Below are positions 36,443 through 46,028 of a DNA stretch of 64,000 nt, in pieces. This DNA comes from an uncultured Bacillales bacterium (GTDB lineage: Bacteria > Bacillota_I > Bacilli_A > RF39 > UBA660). The DNA is taken from contig CAMNHK010000005.1 of assembly GCA_946539445.1 (NCBI GenBank), positions 1,025 through 65,024 on the forward strand, read 5' to 3'. Made by a program: the position numbers and the translations under genes. The notes beneath the pieces are model-generated. The model ran no database searches. It was not told the origin of the DNA and worked only from the letters and a program-made list of their open reading frames with translations. The number at the start of each line of letters is the position of its first letter. The stretch's first letter is position 1.

Positions 36443-37333
36443 TTAAAAAAATCTTTGATAGATATAAATTCCGGCTAATGAAAGCACGACAACCACTAAG
36501 AAAAACAACAATAATTTGATCCATAATGGAAGTGTTTTATCTTTAAATTCATCACTCATATCGAAGTCTTTATCGGATAAATCCATACTTCTGGTATAAA
36601 AATCTGTATCTTTTTCTACTTTGGAGTTTTCTTTCGTTTCTTCGATTTTTGTTGGTTCTTTTTCTTCTGATATTTCTTCTTGTGGTTTCTTTTCTTCTGT
36701 TTCTTCTACCACTTCTTCCTTGATTTCAGGATTTTCTTTGGTTGGAGCAACTTTATCTAGCATATTAGTTGCCATTAAGTCACTTAAAAGATCCACTGTG
36801 GTTTCTTTATCTAATTCTCCTGCTAGTGTCTTAGAAGCAATGGTATCAATTAAATCTCGGATTTCTTCTTCTTCGGGAGTTAATATTTTTTTTCTTTTTT
36901 CTTCTCGATATTTTTCTAGTTCTTCTTTGTTTACTCCCGATAAGATATTATAAGCATTGTTCTTTAGTTTTCTCTTTTCTTCTAATTCATCTTTATCGGA
37001 ACGATTTTTTCTAGCATTTTCTAGGACACTATTTATATCATATACTTTATTTTCTCTTTTTTGATATAGGTGATTATAATCTTCTAATTCTTTTTTCTCT
37101 GGTGAAATTGGTTCAAAGTTTTTAAACTTTTGCATTTGTTGATAAGACTCTCGTGATTGATGAGCAGAAGAGGTTTCTTTGCCAATTTCAAAAGCATTGG
37201 CGTTTGTTACATCCGTAATATTGGTATAAATAGCGTTATTTGATACGTCTTGATATAAGTTTTGATTTTTTTCTACTCTACTAAGACGATTGGTCGTTTC
37301 ACTATAGCGATCCATTCTCTTCATACTACTCAC
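36443..37333 (-). CDS. Hypothetical protein with charged coiled region and C-terminal TM anchor
   Basis: 296 aa. C-terminal LWIKLLLFFLVVVVLSLAGIYIY. Confidence 0.4.
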   Translation of the reverse strand: MSSMKRMDRYSETTNRLSRVEKNQNLYQDVSNNAIYTNITDVTNANAFEIGKETSSAHQSRESYQQMQKFKNFEPISPEKKELEDYNHLYQKRENKVYDINSVLENARKNRSDKDELEEKRKLKNNAYNILSGVNKEELEKYREEKRKKILTPEEEEIRDLIDTIASKTLAGELDKETTVDLLSDLMATNMLDKVAPTKENPEIKEEVVEETEEKKPQEEISEEKEPTKIEETKENSKVEKDTDFYTRSMDLSDKDFDMSDEFKDKTLPLWIKLLLFFLVVVVLSLAGIYIYQRFF

Positions 37334-37488
37334 CTTCTATTATCATTTTAGCACACTAACTATAAAAACAAAAGAGATTATCGGGGCCTTTACGTCAAAG
37401 AGAATTTGGAAACCCTACTTTTCTGTTCTCTATCTCTTTACCTTCTATTTTTTTTCCGGTATAATAGTTTATGAAAGGAAAGATGTAC

Positions 37489-37680
37489 ATGAAAGTTAAA
37501 GTAAATCAAGAAGCATGTATTGGATGTGGAGCTTGCCTTGCTATTGCAGAAGAACTATTCGAAATTAATGAAGATGGAGTATCTCAAACTAAAGTAGATG
37601 TTGTTCCAGAAGATAAAAAAGATAAAGCAAAAGAAGCTATTGAAAGTTGCCCAACAGGAGCTATCCAAGAAGCTGAATAA
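37489..37680 (+). CDS. Ferredoxin (single [4Fe-4S]/[3Fe-4S] type)
   Basis: CIGCGAC...CP motif. RBS AAAGGAAAG before the ATG at 37489. Candidate promoter TTTACC-17-TATAAT upstream. Confidence 0.8.
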   Translation: MKVKVNQEACIGCGACLAIAEELFEINEDGVSQTKVDVVPEDKKDKAKEAIESCPTGAIQEAE

Positions 37681-37712
37681 AAAAAGAACTACTTTGATAG
37701 TTCTTTTTTTTG
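37678..37712. terminator. Bidirectional terminator between ferredoxin and rluB
   Basis: A-run, AAGAACTA-6 nt-TAGTTCTT, T-run. Confidence 0.7.
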
Positions 37713-38432
37713 TGTCTTTTTCAAGTTATAGATGGTTGCTACTTCTTTTGGAGTTAATTTTCGATATTCTCCAGAAGCTAAGTGATCTACGGTGAAGATT
37801 CCTACTCTTTCTCTTGTTAATTTATCTACTAGGAAACCAACTTTTTCAAACATTCTCTTTACTTGATGATTCTTTCCTTCATGAATGGTTATTTCTACCA
37901 TACAGGTATTATTCTCTTTGTTTACTTTTTTTAGTTTTACACGAGAAGCTTTCACCATAGTATCATCTAATAGAATTCCTTCTTTTAATGCTTCAATTTG
38001 TTCTACTTTAATAATACCTTTTAGTTTGGCAAGATATACTTTATCAATTTCATTTCCTGGATGCATCAACAGATTTGCAAAATCTCCATCGTTTGTTAGT
38101 AGTAAAACTCCTGTTGTGTCATAGTCTAGTCTTCCAACCGGATATATTCTTGCGTTTGTATCGATGAAATCAACCACTGTTTTTCGTCCTTTTTCATCTT
38201 TGGTTGTTGTGACTACTCCTCTTGGTTTATTTAGTAAGTAATATTCTTTTTCTTCTTTGGCTAATAGATTTCCATCTACTTCAATTTCTTCTTTTCCGGT
38301 TACTTTTGTTCCTAATTCTTTTATTACTATGCCATTTACTTTCACTTTTCCGGCTAAAATCATTTCTTCTGCTTTTCTTCTAGAAGTAATTCCCGATGCA
38401 GCTATTACTTTTTGTAATCGTTCCATATTCAT
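37689..38432 (-). CDS. rluB: rRNA pseudouridine synthase (RluB/RsuA family, S4 domain)
   Basis: S4 domain RLQKVIAASGITSRRKAEEMI. Catalytic GRLDYDTTGVLLLTNDG. The start is taken at the internal Met (38432 or 38426); the track start at 38522 looks over-extended. Confidence 0.85.
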   Translation of the reverse strand: MNMERLQKVIAASGITSRRKAEEMILAGKVKVNGIVIKELGTKVTGKEEIEVDGNLLAKEEKEYYLLNKPRGVVTTTKDEKGRKTVVDFIDTNARIYPVGRLDYDTTGVLLLTNDGDFANLLMHPGNEIDKVYLAKLKGIIKVEQIEALKEGILLDDTMVKASRVKLKKVNKENNTCMVEITIHEGKNHQVKRMFEKVGFLVDKLTRERVGIFTVDHLASGEYRKLTPKEVATIYNLKKTQKKELSK

Positions 38433-38545
38433 CCCTCTTTTTATACAAGTTTTCAACTGATGCTCATTATAACATATTTTTTTTCTCTTGACTAGGGAAT
38501 AACGATTTTTTTCTTTTTTCATACATTATAGTAAAGGAGGTTTTT

Positions 38546-38788
38546 ATGTATTCCAATTATTCTCCTATGAGGAGCAATTCCACTACTACCACTTCTTATT
38601 ATCCAGAAGAAGATCGGTTCTTTTTGGCACCATTTTTGGTTGGAGGTTTAGCTGGAACGGCCTTGGGATATGGATTAGCGAATAATCAATATAATAGTCC
38701 TGGTTATTATCCAATCCCTATGTATCCAGTTTATTCACCTTATCCAATTTATCCAACTTATTCTAGTAATAATAATTACTACTATTAA
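38546..38788 (+). CDS. Small Tyr/Pro-rich protein with central Gly-rich hydrophobic segment
   Basis: RBS AAAGGAGG. 80 aa ending in ...YPVYSPYPIYPTYSSNNNYYY. Central FLAPFLVGGLAGTALGYGL. Confidence 0.45.
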   Translation: MYSNYSPMRSNSTTTTSYYPEEDRFFLAPFLVGGLAGTALGYGLANNQYNSPGYYPIPMYPVYSPYPIYPTYSSNNNYYY

Positions 38789-38797
38789 AAAGTCTTT

Positions 38798-39406
38798 TTA
38801 GACTTTTTCTTTTGGCAAACGAATTAATACTTTCGTTCCTAAATTTATTTTGGACTCTAATATCATTTTCCCACCATGAGATTCAATGACTTTTCGAATG
38901 AAAGGGATTCCTAAGCCTGTTCCATGTTTTTTGGTGGTATAGTGCCCTTTTTGAACTTTACTCATGACTTCTTCTGACATTCCACAGCCATTATCCACTA
39001 TGGAAATCTCATAGGAATCTTTTTTAGAAATAGTCTTAATCACCACAATTAGTTTTTGATTATTTTTTGCTTCAAAGGCATTTTTTAAGATATTTAATAA
39101 TGCTTGTTTTAGTTTTTCATAATCTCCTTGAATATAGTATTCTCCTTCATTCAACATTATGATTTCACTATTGTTTTTTTGAAATAAGTCTTCTAATACT
39201 TCTGTACTGTCTTCAATTAGTAAGTTTAAATCCAATTCTTCTTTTTTCATTTGAGCAGAGTTCCAAGTTTGTATCAATGACAAACTACGATTGATTTCTT
39301 CTTCTAGGATTTGATAATGATTCGGCAAATCCATTTCGATATAGCCTTTACAAATTGCTAAAGAATTCTTTATTTCATGTAATAAGTCATTTATTGTATG
39401 TTCCAT
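38798..39406 (-). CDS. Minimal orphan histidine kinase (DHp plus HATPase_c only)
   Basis: RBS AGGTGA before the ATG at 39406. H-box LLHEIKNSL, N-box LLNILKNAFEA, G-boxes DNGCGM and GTGLGIPF. No TM or sensor domain and no adjacent response regulator. Confidence 0.7.
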   Translation of the reverse strand: MEHTINDLLHEIKNSLAICKGYIEMDLPNHYQILEEEINRSLSLIQTWNSAQMKKEELDLNLLIEDSTEVLEDLFQKNNSEIIMLNEGEYYIQGDYEKLKQALLNILKNAFEAKNNQKLIVVIKTISKKDSYEISIVDNGCGMSEEVMSKVQKGHYTTKKHGTGLGIPFIRKVIESHGGKMILESKINLGTKVLIRLPKEKV

Positions 39407-39454
39407 TTTTTTCACCTTTTTTAGTATATAAAATGGATTCTGAAAAAATTGTCG

Positions 39455-39485
39455 AAAAAAGAAAAAAATGACATAAATGTCATTT
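39455..39485 (-). terminator. Terminator after the EIIB-like gene
   Basis: Minus strand: AATGACA-loop-TGTCATT hairpin followed by T7. Confidence 0.5.
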
Positions 39486-39794
39486 AATTTCATCAATATA
39501 TTTTTTTAATTGCTTGGAATCGGATCCTAAAATAATTTTCAATTGATTATCAATTTCTACTATTCCTTTGGCTCCTAATTTTTGAATGCCTTCTTTATTT
39601 GCTAGAGAAACATCTTTTAACGTTACTTTGAAACGAGACATATTTGTCTCTGTATTTATGATATTATCTTTTCCTCCTAATAATTCTACTAGTTTATTGA
39701 AATCTAGACCAGCATCTTTTTTCGTTGCTTTTAAGATAGCTAGTAAAATTACTAATAAAACTAAGGCAATAATTCCATACTCTAAATAATCCAT
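39480..39794 (-). CDS. Membrane-anchored PTS EIIB-like domain protein lacking the active-site Cys
   Basis: TM helix followed by LVELLGGKDNIINTETNMSRFKVTLKD. This aligns to the EIIB(Glc) pattern lGG-x-NI...hC-x-TRLR-x-x-v-x-D with Cys replaced by Met. Confidence 0.55.
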   Translation of the reverse strand: MDYLEYGIIALVLLVILLAILKATKKDAGLDFNKLVELLGGKDNIINTETNMSRFKVTLKDVSLANKEGIQKLGAKGIVEIDNQLKIILGSDSKQLKKYIDEIK

Positions 39795-39842
39795 ATCATC
39801 ACCAATACCATTATATATTACTTTTCTTAAAAAGAAAAGTTT

Positions 39843-40586
39843 TTATTTTTGATTCAATTGGTTAATCTTCTTCAAAAAATCTTTACTTTTAATATATAAT
39901 CCGGTAAATCTTTCATAATAATCATCTAAGAATTCATTTATCTCATCGGTTATTTCTTTTTTTACTTCTAGTTTTGTTATATTTTTGATATCTACATAAT
40001 AATACATGCGAATCATCTTAATAGTTTTATCGGATACCAAAGGTTCATTGTTATAGCAGTCTTTACAAACATATCCACCAGCATCACTCGATAAGGTTAC
40101 AATTTGTTTATTACTGCCACAATGAGCACAACAATCGATACTTGGAGAGACTCCTAAATAATCTAATAGTTTTAGTTCTAAAATATTCGTTAAAACGATA
40201 GGGTCCAGTCCTTCTTCTATTTTTAAAAGGGTATCTTTTAGCAATTCAAATATTCCTTCTTCTTCGGTTTGTCTTACCACTTGAAGAACCAAATCTAAGA
40301 GAAAGGAAGAATAGGATATTTTTTCCAAATCCATCATGGTTTTGGAAAAAGAGTTTTTTACATCCACTCCAATTAAAGTGGATAAACCATTTTCTTTATA
40401 GTAAATATGAAATGTTCCATATACGAGTTTTCTGCTTACTCCTCTTAATTTGCTTTTTAGATTACGACATCCTTTTGACATAACTCCTATGAGTCCGTGT
40501 TCTTGAGTTAAAACATTTAATATTTTACTCGATTCACTATAATTGGTCTCACTTAGAACAATTCCTTCTACGCTTTCAATTTTCAT
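39843..40586 (-). CDS. recO: DNA repair protein RecO
   Basis: OB-fold N-terminus, Zn-finger CAHCG...CKDC, position after era. Confidence 0.85.
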   Translation of the reverse strand: MKIESVEGIVLSETNYSESSKILNVLTQEHGLIGVMSKGCRNLKSKLRGVSRKLVYGTFHIYYKENGLSTLIGVDVKNSFSKTMMDLEKISYSSFLLDLVLQVVRQTEEEGIFELLKDTLLKIEEGLDPIVLTNILELKLLDYLGVSPSIDCCAHCGSNKQIVTLSSDAGGYVCKDCYNNEPLVSDKTIKMIRMYYYVDIKNITKLEVKKEITDEINEFLDDYYERFTGLYIKSKDFLKKINQLNQK

Positions 40587-40718
40587 CCTATCACTTCTTT
40601 TTTATTTGCATTAATAAATTATAATATCGAATATCTCCTGTTTTTTGAAATAAATACCATAATAGTTTTAAATTCATAAAATCACCTCTACTTTTATAGT
40701 GGTGATTTTTTCTTTTTT

Positions 40719-41609
40719 TTATTCATCTTCTTCTTTTAAACCTAATTCCAAGAAATACTTTTCTTCATCTCTCCAGTTTTTTAGAGTTTTTACATAGGTT
40801 TCTAAGAATACTTTTTTCCCTAGAAAATCTTCCATATCTTTTCTAGCTCTCATACCAATTTCTTTCAACAAAGCGCCTTGTTTTCCAATAATAATCTTTT
40901 TTAAATTATCTCGGTCTACTACAATTAGTACTTGAATATGAACTACATTTTTCTTTTCTTCATAATTTTCCACATAACAAGTTACGGTATGAGGTATTTC
41001 ATCATGGGTTAATTCTAGTATTTTTTCACGGACAAATTCGGCCATTATGAAGCGCGTTGAAACATTGGTTAATTCTTCTTCCGAAAAGATTTGTTCGCTT
41101 TCTGGTAGTTGTTTTTTGATACATTGTAGTAATAAATCTATATTATCTTTTTTTTCTGCAGAGATTGGAATAATTTCTGCAAAATCATATAGATTTTTTA
41201 TTTCATCAATATCTTTCAGTAATTTTTCTTTATTTTTAACAAGATCAATTTTATTTAATAATAGGAAAACTGGTATATCTTTTTCTTTTAGACGATCTAA
41301 GATAAATTGATCTCCTCTACCAAATCCTTTTGAAATATCGATTAGGAATAAAATTACATCTACTCCTTCGGTGTTATTATAGGCTTTTTTATTCATCAAA
41401 CTTCCTAGTTTATTACTAGGTTTATGAATTCCTGGTGTATCGACAAATACTATTTGAGAATCTTCGTCATTATAAATCCCTTGAATCACATTTCTAGTAG
41501 TTCCACTGACATTCGATGTAATGGCTAGTTTCATTCCTAGAATACTATTTAACAAGGTACTTTTTCCAACATTGGGTCTTCCTACTAAACTAACAAATCC
41601 ACATTTCAT
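40719..41609 (-). CDS. era: GTPase Era
   Basis: GRPNVGKSTL, DTPG, NKID, C-terminal KH domain. The start at 41609 (MKCGFVSLVG) overlaps the cdd stop. Confidence 0.9.
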   Translation of the reverse strand: MKCGFVSLVGRPNVGKSTLLNSILGMKLAITSNVSGTTRNVIQGIYNDEDSQIVFVDTPGIHKPSNKLGSLMNKKAYNNTEGVDVILFLIDISKGFGRGDQFILDRLKEKDIPVFLLLNKIDLVKNKEKLLKDIDEIKNLYDFAEIIPISAEKKDNIDLLLQCIKKQLPESEQIFSEEELTNVSTRFIMAEFVREKILELTHDEIPHTVTCYVENYEEKKNVVHIQVLIVVDRDNLKKIIIGKQGALLKEIGMRARKDMEDFLGKKVFLETYVKTLKNWRDEEKYFLELGLKEEDE

Positions 41610-41992
41610 TTTAAATCTTCCTCTCCAAATGGATAAGGGCATATTTGAGATACCGTGTAATCTTCTATTTTGCCATCTATTGTTACACAATGAATCATGC
41701 AATCTTTGTCAAATAATTCTGAAATTACTTGTCTGCATAGAAAGCATGGCATTCCTACTTTTTCGGAAGAAACCATGACGTATAATTCTTTAAAATCTCC
41801 TTTGTGATATCCATTACTAATAGCGGAAAGAATGGCACTTCTTTCGGCACAAATGGTTGCTCCATAGGAAGCATTTTCTACATTAACTCCTACGAATTCT
41901 CTTCCATCTTTCATAACGGCAATGGCACTTACTTTATAATGGGAATAAGGACTATAACTATTGTTTTGTAATTCTCTTAATTTTTCTATCAT
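41606..41992 (-). CDS. cdd: Cytidine deaminase
   Basis: CAERSA and PCFLCRQ zinc motifs. The ATG at 41992 forms an ATGA overlap with the dgkA stop, with GGAGAA as RBS. Confidence 0.9.
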   Translation of the reverse strand: MIEKLRELQNNSYSPYSHYKVSAIAVMKDGREFVGVNVENASYGATICAERSAILSAISNGYHKGDFKELYVMVSSEKVGMPCFLCRQVISELFDKDCMIHCVTIDGKIEDYTVSQICPYPFGEEDLK

Positions 41993-42441
41993 ATGATTTC
42001 TCCTATCCATTCTACTATTTTTGGAATAAAGATAATGAGACCAATAATAGCGGAAATAATGGCCATCATTAACACTCCTGCACTAGCGGTATCTTTCGCT
42101 GCTTTGGCTAATGGATGAATCTTAGGACTTGCTAAATCCACGACATATTCGATTGCGGTATTAAAAAATTCAGCCATTAACACTAAACCGATTAGTACTA
42201 AACAAACGAGCCATTCTACGTAATTTATATTTAGTAAAAAACCAAATATCACTACTAAAACCGCCATTACAGTATGAATCTTTAAGTTTTGTTCTCCTTT
42301 ATAAGACTGAACAATTCCTTGAAAAGCATATTTAAAACTGTTCACTAATCGTTTTTCATCAATCCCTATTTTTTTCTTTACTTTATTTCTAACTTTCTCT
42401 TCTAATTCCATAAGCTTCAAGCACCTCCTCTTGTTTTCCAA
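41989..42441 (-). CDS. dgkA: Diacylglycerol/undecaprenol kinase (DgkA family)
   Basis: 3 TM helices. EFFNTAIEYVVDL motif. Start may be at 42411. Confidence 0.85.
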   Translation of the reverse strand: MENKRRCLKLMELEEKVRNKVKKKIGIDEKRLVNSFKYAFQGIVQSYKGEQNLKIHTVMAVLVVIFGFLLNINYVEWLVCLVLIGLVLMAEFFNTAIEYVVDLASPKIHPLAKAAKDTASAGVLMMAIISAIIGLIIFIPKIVEWIGEII

Positions 42442-42844
42442 ACATCACTTTTTCTTCTTCTGGAGTTGCATGATCGTATCCTAATAAATGATAAAAGCCA
42501 TGTACTGCTAGGAATGATAATTCTCTTAATAAGGAATGTCCATATTCTTCTGCTTGTTGTTTGGCTTTGTCAATGGAAATATAAATATCTCCTAATATTC
42601 GCTCTTCGGAAGGTAAAACAAGGGTATCTTCATCTTCTAAAGCAAATGTTATAACATCTGTTTCCCGATCTATCTTACGGTACATTCTATTTAATTCATG
42701 AATATAAGAATTATCCACAATGATTAGATTAAAGGAAACGTTTTCTAGATTTTCTTTTTCAATGGCACTATAAAGTACTTTTTCTACGGTTTCTAATTCT
42801 TTTATTTCTTCTTCTACTTGTACAAATACTTCTATTTTACTCAT
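42389..42844 (-). CDS. ybeY: rRNA maturation endoribonuclease YbeY
   Basis: HGFYHLLGYDH zinc motif. Start taken at MSKIEVF (42844). Confidence 0.9.
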   Translation of the reverse strand: MSKIEVFVQVEEEIKELETVEKVLYSAIEKENLENVSFNLIIVDNSYIHELNRMYRKIDRETDVITFALEDEDTLVLPSEERILGDIYISIDKAKQQAEEYGHSLLRELSFLAVHGFYHLLGYDHATPEEEKVMFGKQEEVLEAYGIRRES

Positions 42845-42852
42845 AACTTCTC

Positions 42853-43500
42853 CTATATTAAAACAATCATGATTAATGCTATCAATACTAAGATGGATAA
42901 AACATCCAAAAACCATTCTTTATGGCAAAAGGCTGGTAGTTTTTGACTAATAATTCGTAATAGATTATAGATTCCAAATCCTAAAATGCTTCCAACAATA
43001 TTTAATATTAAATCATCTACGTCAAATACTCTTCCTATCAGCATTTGAACTACTTCAATAGATATGGAAGCAATTACGGTTAATAAAAGTGGCAAATATA
43101 TTTTTTCCACTTTTAAATAATAACTTGTAAAAAATCCAAATGGTAGAAACATAATCATATTTCCTAAAACATTTTTTATAAATAAACGACTGGTAATATG
43201 ATATCTTAATATTTCACGAAATGGGATAAAATTATTACTGGCCCAAGCTGTATCATCTTGAAAGGTTACCACTTGGAATAAACATAGAATATAAACACCA
43301 AATATTAACATCGATAATTCTTTGTAAATTACAATTCTTTCTTTGTTTTTTATTAAATAACAAATTCGGAAAGATATCATAATAACCATTGAAATAACTA
43401 TCATTGGCCAAGTAAAATGAATAACTCCTTGGATGGTGCTAGAAATTGGGTTTTGCATCTCTTCATCCCCTTTCTCATTCTGTTTTTTCTGGAAGGTCAC
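42853..43500 (-). CDS. VanZ family membrane protein
   Basis: 4-5 TM helices. NFIPFREI and GNMIMFLPFGF motifs. Confidence 0.7.
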   Translation of the reverse strand: MTFQKKQNEKGDEEMQNPISSTIQGVIHFTWPMIVISMVIMISFRICYLIKNKERIVIYKELSMLIFGVYILCLFQVVTFQDDTAWASNNFIPFREILRYHITSRLFIKNVLGNMIMFLPFGFFTSYYLKVEKIYLPLLLTVIASISIEVVQMLIGRVFDVDDLILNIVGSILGFGIYNLLRIISQKLPAFCHKEWFLDVLSILVLIALIMIVLI

Positions 43501-44629
43501 TATAGTCTGTTATATCTTCCTTCACACGCAAAAAAACTTCTACTTCTATTTTACTATTTTTTTGTTGTTTTTTCAAAACTTTTTTCTCTAGGATCTGTTC
43601 TTCTTTTGATAGATTTTGTCGCATTTTATCCGCTGCTATTTTACATGCTATGGAATCGACGTTTTTTGTAGAATAGTTTTTTTCAATTGTGCTTGTTTTT
43701 TGATATTTTCCTATAGCTATTCTAAACGGCAGAATAGAACTATCTAATATATTATACACATCTTTTTTATAGGTCGACCATCGACTATTCCAATCAAACT
43801 CTTTCGTTCCTAACTGAAGATTGATTCCATAGGATGTTTTAGAATCTAATTTTTCTTTTGTTATGGTATTGGGAATTAATACTTTTACAAGATACCATGT
43901 TTCTCCATAAATCTGTCCAGTAGCACATTGACTTGCTACTATTTCTTCTTTGTTGTGAATCCAGCCACTGATTAGTATTTCCCCTTTTTCTACATAGTCT
44001 CCCTTTTTTTTCATTACTTCTCCACTTGATGCATGAATTTCTAGTATATTGGCTTTTTTCTTGGCCACCACATTTCGACCTATACATTCTTCCTTTGGTA
44101 TTTCTTTTTTCTTTTCTTCTATCTGAATCATGTATTTACAGCCAACTCTTTCTATTTCTATCCATTCTACTATGTTTTTTTCTTTTTCCAATATGGTCTT
44201 TTTTATGGCGTTTTCTTTTTCTTTGGATGGCTTCCAATTATATTTTTTTATTCCCAGCTCCGCTAAGTCTTTCTGAATGATTTTCTTCATTGATTCTTTT
44301 GGGTGATGAATTTCTATGCCCCAAATGAATTGTGATAGTCCTATATTTATTCCGATTCCTAGTAAGAATAGTCCTACCCAAATTCGATAATTCCAACCTA
44401 GTTGTTTCCATTTTTCCCAACCATAGTGATGAATAATATGCATTTTGTAAATGGTAGGAATGGATTGTAATTTTTTCCAGTCTTTTTTGGATATGCGAAT
44501 CACCATGGAATGTTTTTTTAAATCCAAGAAATATATATTAATATTATGATAGAGTATTTTTTTTAAGAAGTATTTAGGATTATGTCCCTTTATTTCTACG
44601 TCAATTAGACTTTTCATTTTGAACCTCAA
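43475..44629 (-). CDS. yqfD: Sporulation protein YqfD (stage IV)
   Basis: Size, single central TM helix and conserved position after yqfC. Sequence pattern IEIHHP...GIKKYNW... Confidence 0.75.
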   Translation of the reverse strand: MRFKMKSLIDVEIKGHNPKYFLKKILYHNINIYFLDLKKHSMVIRISKKDWKKLQSIPTIYKMHIIHHYGWEKWKQLGWNYRIWVGLFLLGIGINIGLSQFIWGIEIHHPKESMKKIIQKDLAELGIKKYNWKPSKEKENAIKKTILEKEKNIVEWIEIERVGCKYMIQIEEKKKEIPKEECIGRNVVAKKKANILEIHASSGEVMKKKGDYVEKGEILISGWIHNKEEIVASQCATGQIYGETWYLVKVLIPNTITKEKLDSKTSYGINLQLGTKEFDWNSRWSTYKKDVYNILDSSILPFRIAIGKYQKTSTIEKNYSTKNVDSIACKIAADKMRQNLSKEEQILEKKVLKKQQKNSKIEVEVFLRVKEDITDYSDLPEKTE

Positions 44630-44849
44630 TCGTAGATATTATACCTTCTATTAATAGTTCTTTTTCTAATATTTTTTTTAGGACAAAGAGAGAACCTTTT
44701 ATCGTGTATTTTTGATTTTTGGTTTGGAAGGTTATCCTATTTTCTTCTAAAGAAATAATTCTAGTAAAATTCATAATATGTATTTTATTTTCAAAAATGG
44801 TAAAGCGAAATTCTAAATCATTAATATAATGATTCATTCTGTCTAACAT
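44601..44849 (-). CDS. yqfC: Sporulation protein YqfC
   Basis: 82 aa with a YabP/YqfC-like pattern (ISLEENRITFQT...YTIKGSLFVLKKI). Lies upstream of yqfD. Confidence 0.75.
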   Translation of the reverse strand: MLDRMNHYINDLEFRFTIFENKIHIMNFTRIISLEENRITFQTKNQKYTIKGSLFVLKKILEKELLIEGIISTIEVQNEKSN

Positions 44850-44919
44850 ATACTCACCTATTTAACTATATGTTTTTTTTCCATAAAAAAAACATTAATC
44901 TTATGATTAATGCTTCTCT

Positions 44920-45357
44920 TTATTGTAGTTTTCCACGAATGATTGTGGATACTTCTTTCATGTCTGCTTTTCCTTTTAATTTTGCTTGAGCAAGTCCCAT
45001 TACTTTTCCCATATCTTTTGGTCCTTCTGGTTTTACTTCTGCAAAAATTTCATCAATGATTTTTTCCACTTCTTCTTGGGATAATTGTTCTGGCAAGTAA
45101 GCTAAAAGTACCTTGATTTCTTCTTGTGTTTTATCGATTAAATCTTGTCGATTTCCTTTTTCAAATTCTGCTATAGAATCTTTTCTCATTTTGATTTGTT
45201 TATTTACAACATCTATTAATAATTCATCATTGATTTCTTTTTTATGATCGATTTGTTCTTGTTTTAAAGAAGCTTTTACCATACGGATAACAGTTAATCG
45301 ATCTTTTTCTTTATTTTTCATGGCTTCTATCATATCTTTATCTAATTTTTCAATCAT
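44920..45357 (-). CDS. yqeY: GatB/YqeY domain protein
   Basis: MIEKLDKDMIEAMKNKEKDRLTVIRMVKASL...DMGKVMG. The track ORF is over-extended into rpsU. Confidence 0.85.
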   Translation of the reverse strand: MIEKLDKDMIEAMKNKEKDRLTVIRMVKASLKQEQIDHKKEINDELLIDVVNKQIKMRKDSIAEFEKGNRQDLIDKTQEEIKVLLAYLPEQLSQEEVEKIIDEIFAEVKPEGPKDMGKVMGLAQAKLKGKADMKEVSTIIRGKLQ

Positions 45358-45442
45358 ATTCTCATCTCCTGCTACTATTATATATTTTTTTTGTTTATTA
45401 TTCAATGAAAAAATAGTACCCAATTGGATACTATTTGAACTT

Positions 45443-45646
45443 TTAATAATCTTTGCTACGATTTGCACGATCTCTTTTTCTGGAATTTTTAATTCCTTCT
45501 TTCTTTGCTGCTCTTCTTCTAACTCCTGGCTTATCGTAAGCTTCTCTTTTTTTCCATTCAGAAGGGACACCGTCTCTTGCTACTTTTTGTTTGAACTTTC
45601 TTAGAGCTTGATCTAAATTTCCTCTAACAGTTACTTTAGTTGCCAT
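45443..45646 (-). CDS. rpsU: 30S ribosomal protein S21
   Basis: 67 aa. LDQALRKFKQKVARDG...REAYDKPGVRRR. Confidence 0.95.
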   Translation of the reverse strand: MATKVTVRGNLDQALRKFKQKVARDGVPSEWKKREAYDKPGVRRRAAKKEGIKNSRKRDRANRSKDY

Positions 45647-45681
45647 CTACTTTTTCCCTCCCTTCGCTTTAACTAAAATGA

Positions 45682-45710
45682 ATTATATCAAATGTTTTTT
45701 TCATTTTCAA
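45682..45710 (-). promoter_or_regulatory. Near-consensus sigma-A promoter of rpsU
   Basis: Minus strand: TTGAAA (45710..45705), 17 nt, TATAAT (45687..45682). Confidence 0.65.
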
Positions 45711-45717
45711 CCGTTTT

Positions 45718-45870
45718 TTAAGAAAAAACAACGAAAAAATACAAATTTCGTAAAAAAACACCAATATATACACCTAAATTAAAAACAAATCGAATGAGAA
45801 TGGGTAAAATCATTATTATGAAAAGAATAAGGATTCCTATCAGTATTTGTTTGACTATTTTAACGGACAT
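45718..45870 (-). CDS. 50-aa double-TM ORF, candidate bacteriocin immunity protein
   Basis: Hand translation: MSVKIVKQILIGILILFIIMILPILIRFVFNLGVYIGVFLRNLYFFVVFS. Its ATG overlaps the 3' end of peptide B. Below the ORF-track cut-off. The SD is weak. Confidence 0.4.
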   Translation of the reverse strand: MSVKIVKQILIGILILFIIMILPILIRFVFNLGVYIGVFLRNLYFFVVFS

Positions 45871-46028
45871 AACTGATCTTCACTAATTCGTCTTATTCCA
45901 GAGCCAACTGCATATCCTGCATCCTTTATTAATGTGAAAATATCTACTAAAGCATTTAAAATGGTTCCTGTTATGGTACTGGTTCCACCCTTTATTTGAT
46001 TTAGAGATTCTTTCTTTATTCGTTTCAT
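45855..46028 (-). CDS. Double-glycine-leader bacteriocin-like peptide B (57-aa precursor)
   Basis: Hand translation: MKRIKKESLNQIKGG/TSTITGTILNALVDIFTLIKDAGYAVGSGIRRISEDQLCPLK. SD AAGGTG lies 6 nt upstream. The ATG overlaps the peptide A stop (ATGA). Confidence 0.7.
   Translation of the reverse strand: MKRIKKESLNQIKGGTSTITGTILNALVDIFTLIKDAGYAVGSGIRRISEDQLCPLK

Noticed and set aside
43839-44420. Same-strand alternative-frame ORFs (82 and 60 aa) within yqfD, and 31301..31543 within polC
   Set aside because: They are embedded out of frame in conserved genes, are highly basic low-complexity translations, and have no independent start signals.
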